This document shows, piece after piece, positions 61,275-64,000 of a stretch of DNA of 64,000 bases. A program made the translations under genes and the position numbers. The stretch is from Pelomyxa schiedti (Eukaryota; Protista; Evosea). Positions within the stretch are counted from its first letter, which is position 1, and each line of letters opens with the position of its first letter. The notes below the pieces were generated by a model, which did no database searches, was not told where the DNA came from, and was given only the letters and a program-made list of their open reading frames with translations. Location: assembly GCA_020536535.1 (NCBI GenBank), contig JAHLWZ010000809.1, positions 65,068 through 129,067 of the forward strand. The letters are read 5' to 3'.

Positions 61275-63880
61275 TCACATGAATGTAAATACCTCTGCAG
61301 CAGTGCACTCGAACTCATATTCCTCCATCCTTCTTCTATCGCCAGTGGTGGTTGACAGAGCCCTGGATGCATACGTTGGAGTACCGGTCCCAGTGGTTGT
61401 TATACAAAGGGGTGGGTTGTTGTATGTGGGACTTGACTGTGACCCTCCTGACAGTTCATTCTCAAGCCACAGGCCAGTTGCATTCCTGGTTTTGGGTTAG
61501 CATAGATAATATATGTTTTGAGAGATTTGTTACCCATGGATGCCAAAAGACAGTGTTTTGTTGTCATAGAATACAAAAAGTTCATCTGCCCGTGTCCATT
61601 CATACTTCCCAGGGGTGGGTGTGAGTGACCACAAGAATGTCTCGCTGAAAAATATTAATAATGGGAATCAAAGCAAGAGGAAATACCCATCACCACTTAT
61701 CTGGTTCTTCTTCAGATTTGAAAAGGAACGAGACATATATACACCAAAAACCTTGGATAAAGGTTATCAAATACCTGGGAGGGAGGAAAGTGACAGACCT
61801 GTCCTTTAGCTTTCAACGCTAAAAGAAGAGGCTCCGACTTCATACTCCGATGTATCAATGTCGGCAGACTAAATCCGTCAGCATCGGCACAAAATAATCT
61901 AACAGGGTCCATTATAGCAAATCTTTGTGGTAAAAACGACCAAAGCCTCTCGAACTGTGGGAGAAGTGAGACAGTGAACAGGAAGACGCTCTTAAGAGGC
62001 TGTACCATTTCAGAGGAAACAACTGTTGATACAAAATCAATCCTGGGCATATAGTACACAAAAGAAGCTGGTGTTTTTGATGTGGATGCTGGCGGCCCCC
62101 CCCCAAGTTTTGCCATGGCGTCAATGGAGCTGCTGATGTAACTTCCTCTAGATAGCTTGAACTTGAAGGCGGTTTTCATTAGAACATCCGCATCAACCTG
62201 TGAAATTGCCACAGTTGCAAGCCTCTGAATTCATTTACCCAAAAGTTTGCTTCAAGAAAAAAGAAGGAAACCTGTATGAATTCTGCTTGATCAACAATAT
62301 TCTCCAAGTAAGGTTGGCTTAGGGATAGAACACCAAGACCAACCCTGAGAAGTATTTTGCTTCCTTCATTTAAGAAAACGTCGAACATTCTTAAAAAAAT
62401 GAAAAAAAAAAGGAGTTTGAGTCAGGAGGATCAGTTGGTTATCCTACCTTAGAACTGTGTGAAAAGGGAGGTGTCCAACAAAGAGTGAATTGAACCAAGT
62501 CATAGCCACAAAATCAAGGTCAACCCCAGCAAGGAGCATCACTACCAAGCATGTTAATGTCTTTTTTACAAAAGCCTTGGATAAAGGAGCACACTTTTTG
62601 TTACTTTGGGAAGCTTTTTCCTCACTAGTGAACCGAATGCTGACAAAAACGATGATGAATGTTGCGCCACGACATTGAAGTACAGCCGTGACTTGACGGA
62701 TACAGCTATCATGTATCGCATTGCAAGATACACCTGTTCTAGTGAGCATAACACGAAAATGATATAAAATAAAATACCTCATGTTCAGTGAGAAACGTTA
62801 AGAGAAGTAGAACTATGGGATTGAAAGTTCAAATGAAAAGTAAACCCTGAAGGAAAGCAAAATACCACAATCAGGAATTGCAGGACAACATTGAATATCA
62901 GGATGATCCATAGCAATCAGTACCAGAATACGTTTTGCAGCCTCAATACCATCATCAGTTACGTAGTGGCATTTGGGGTCAAGGTTACCACAAAACTGCG
63001 TTTTTAGTGTAATATTAGACTGGAAAGACTAGAGGAGAAAGGATACTGTGGGAGGGTCACTAATTTTTGGGGGTGCTGTGATGGCACTCCCAAAAACACT
63101 TGCTAGTTTCTCCCGATATGGTCTACAGGAAGAAGATGCTAGTGCTTCTGTGCACTGTGTAATTGCTGTCCATACCTGAGCGAGTAATTAAGAGTTCTTG
63201 AATACTTGTTAAAATTAGGGTTGGTTTGTCATGCCTCTCTCCGGTAAGTATCAGGTACTCCCTTTCTTATAACAACTTTCAACCTATAATATAATTACCA
63301 TGTATAATCGGTTGGAATCCAAATCACCTTGATTTCGCCCCTGCACAGTCACCAGGAATTGGAATATTCTTCCACAAAACGTTCATGTGAGGGTCAACCA
63401 CTCCATCATACATGGGGCTACGAAGCAATACACTGTGGCTTTGTTAGATACTTCCATTGCAACACCAATGTGAGTGCCCACTCGTTTTCTTTCTTTACAT
63501 CAGGGAGCAGTTCAAACGAATCCATGATGTTGTCTGCAGAGCCAGATAAAGTCTCATGATGGAATTTCGCGGGGGTAGGGCCCGTTAAAGAGTAGCCCTT
63601 CGCAGAAGCCGCGGAATCGATCTTCTTTAGGATTTTCGACGCGATTGGGTATCCAGAGAGTGAGAACTTCGAAGTTGGACTTGTGGATAGAGCAGGGCCC
63701 ACAGTAGGACTCAGATCAAAGCCCAGGAATGTCCCACCGGTGGCACTTGGTATGGTAGCAGGACCCTCTCCAGTAGGTGCAGATCTCGACGGCGTGGCAT
63801 CAATAGAAATAGAAATGGCAGGGGGTGGTGTTACAGCCCCAGTTGTTTGTGTTTGACTTGTTGTGGTCGATACTGCAACA
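61275..63880 (-). CDS. TBC1D24: TBC (Rab-GAP-like) plus TLDc protein, TBC1D24-like; 5' end missing
   Basis: GVPDTYRREVW; FCG...HYVTDDGIEAAKRILVLIAMDHPDIQCCPAIPD; MFDVFLNEGSKILLRVGLGVL; TLDc LWSFLPQRF...LFCADADGFSLPTL, FSETFLWSL, YNNPPL, FECTAAEVFTFM*. Confidence 0.85.
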
Positions 63881-63938
63881 AAACGTTAGTTTGAATGCGC
63901 GAAGTGAGTATTTAGAACCATAACAAAACACCTTGAAT

Positions 63939-64000
63939 TTTTTTTTTTCATTTTTTTAAGAATGTTCGACGTTTTCTTAAATGAAGGAAGCAAAATACTT
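63939..64000 (+). repeat. Inverted copy of 62350-62411, running off the window end
   Basis: The last 62 nt are the exact reverse complement of aagtattttgcttccttcatttaagaaaacgtcgaacattcttaaaaaaatgaaaaaaaaaa. Confidence 0.95.

Noticed and set aside
1-64000. Alternative genetic code or stop-codon reassignment
   Set aside because: Apparent internal stops in conserved genes disappear once short introns are removed, and TAA, TAG and TGA all serve as terminal stops.

Overview
Compact, intron-rich eukaryotic genomic DNA. It uses the standard genetic code, has many ~35-65 nt GT-AG introns, A-rich start-codon contexts and intergenic gaps of a few hundred bp. The supplied ORF track only shows exon fragments, so gene models were spliced by eye and boundaries are approximate. 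Talin, an Aly-type amoeba lysozyme, a cAMP-receptor-like GPCR and a 7TM-fused kinase point to Amoebozoa. Bacterial-type fermentative enzymes suggest an anaerobic archamoeba such as Pelomyxa or Mastigamoeba (inference). About 27 protein-coding loci can be read: Vta1, WDR53-like, importin-5, 3xC1-RasGEF, short tRNase Z, talin, a prokaryote-type GAF-like protein, Amt, PRCP, RhoGEF, an RRM-pseudokinase, Aly lysozyme, NCS-1, tartrate/D-malate dehydrogenase ending in AKL, a TOM1/GPR137-like 7TM protein, a long-form YdiF-type CoA-transferase, a secreted toxin-like protein, a metallophosphoesterase, a 7TM-kinase, an EF-hand protein, a GPI-type metzincin, a GPCR, TBC-TLDc and several hypotheticals. No rRNA, tRNA, CRISPR or recognisable transposase was seen. 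The best leads are intron-containing genes built on prokaryotic modules: a signal-peptide protein resembling a bacterial polymorphic-toxin tip (47883-48502), a stand-alone WQYP-type sensor domain next to Amt (25536-26512), a bacterial-type metzincin and two fermentative enzymes. A ~170-bp repeat cluster and an inverted duplication at the window end are also unexplained. All family assignments are from motif recall, not database searches.
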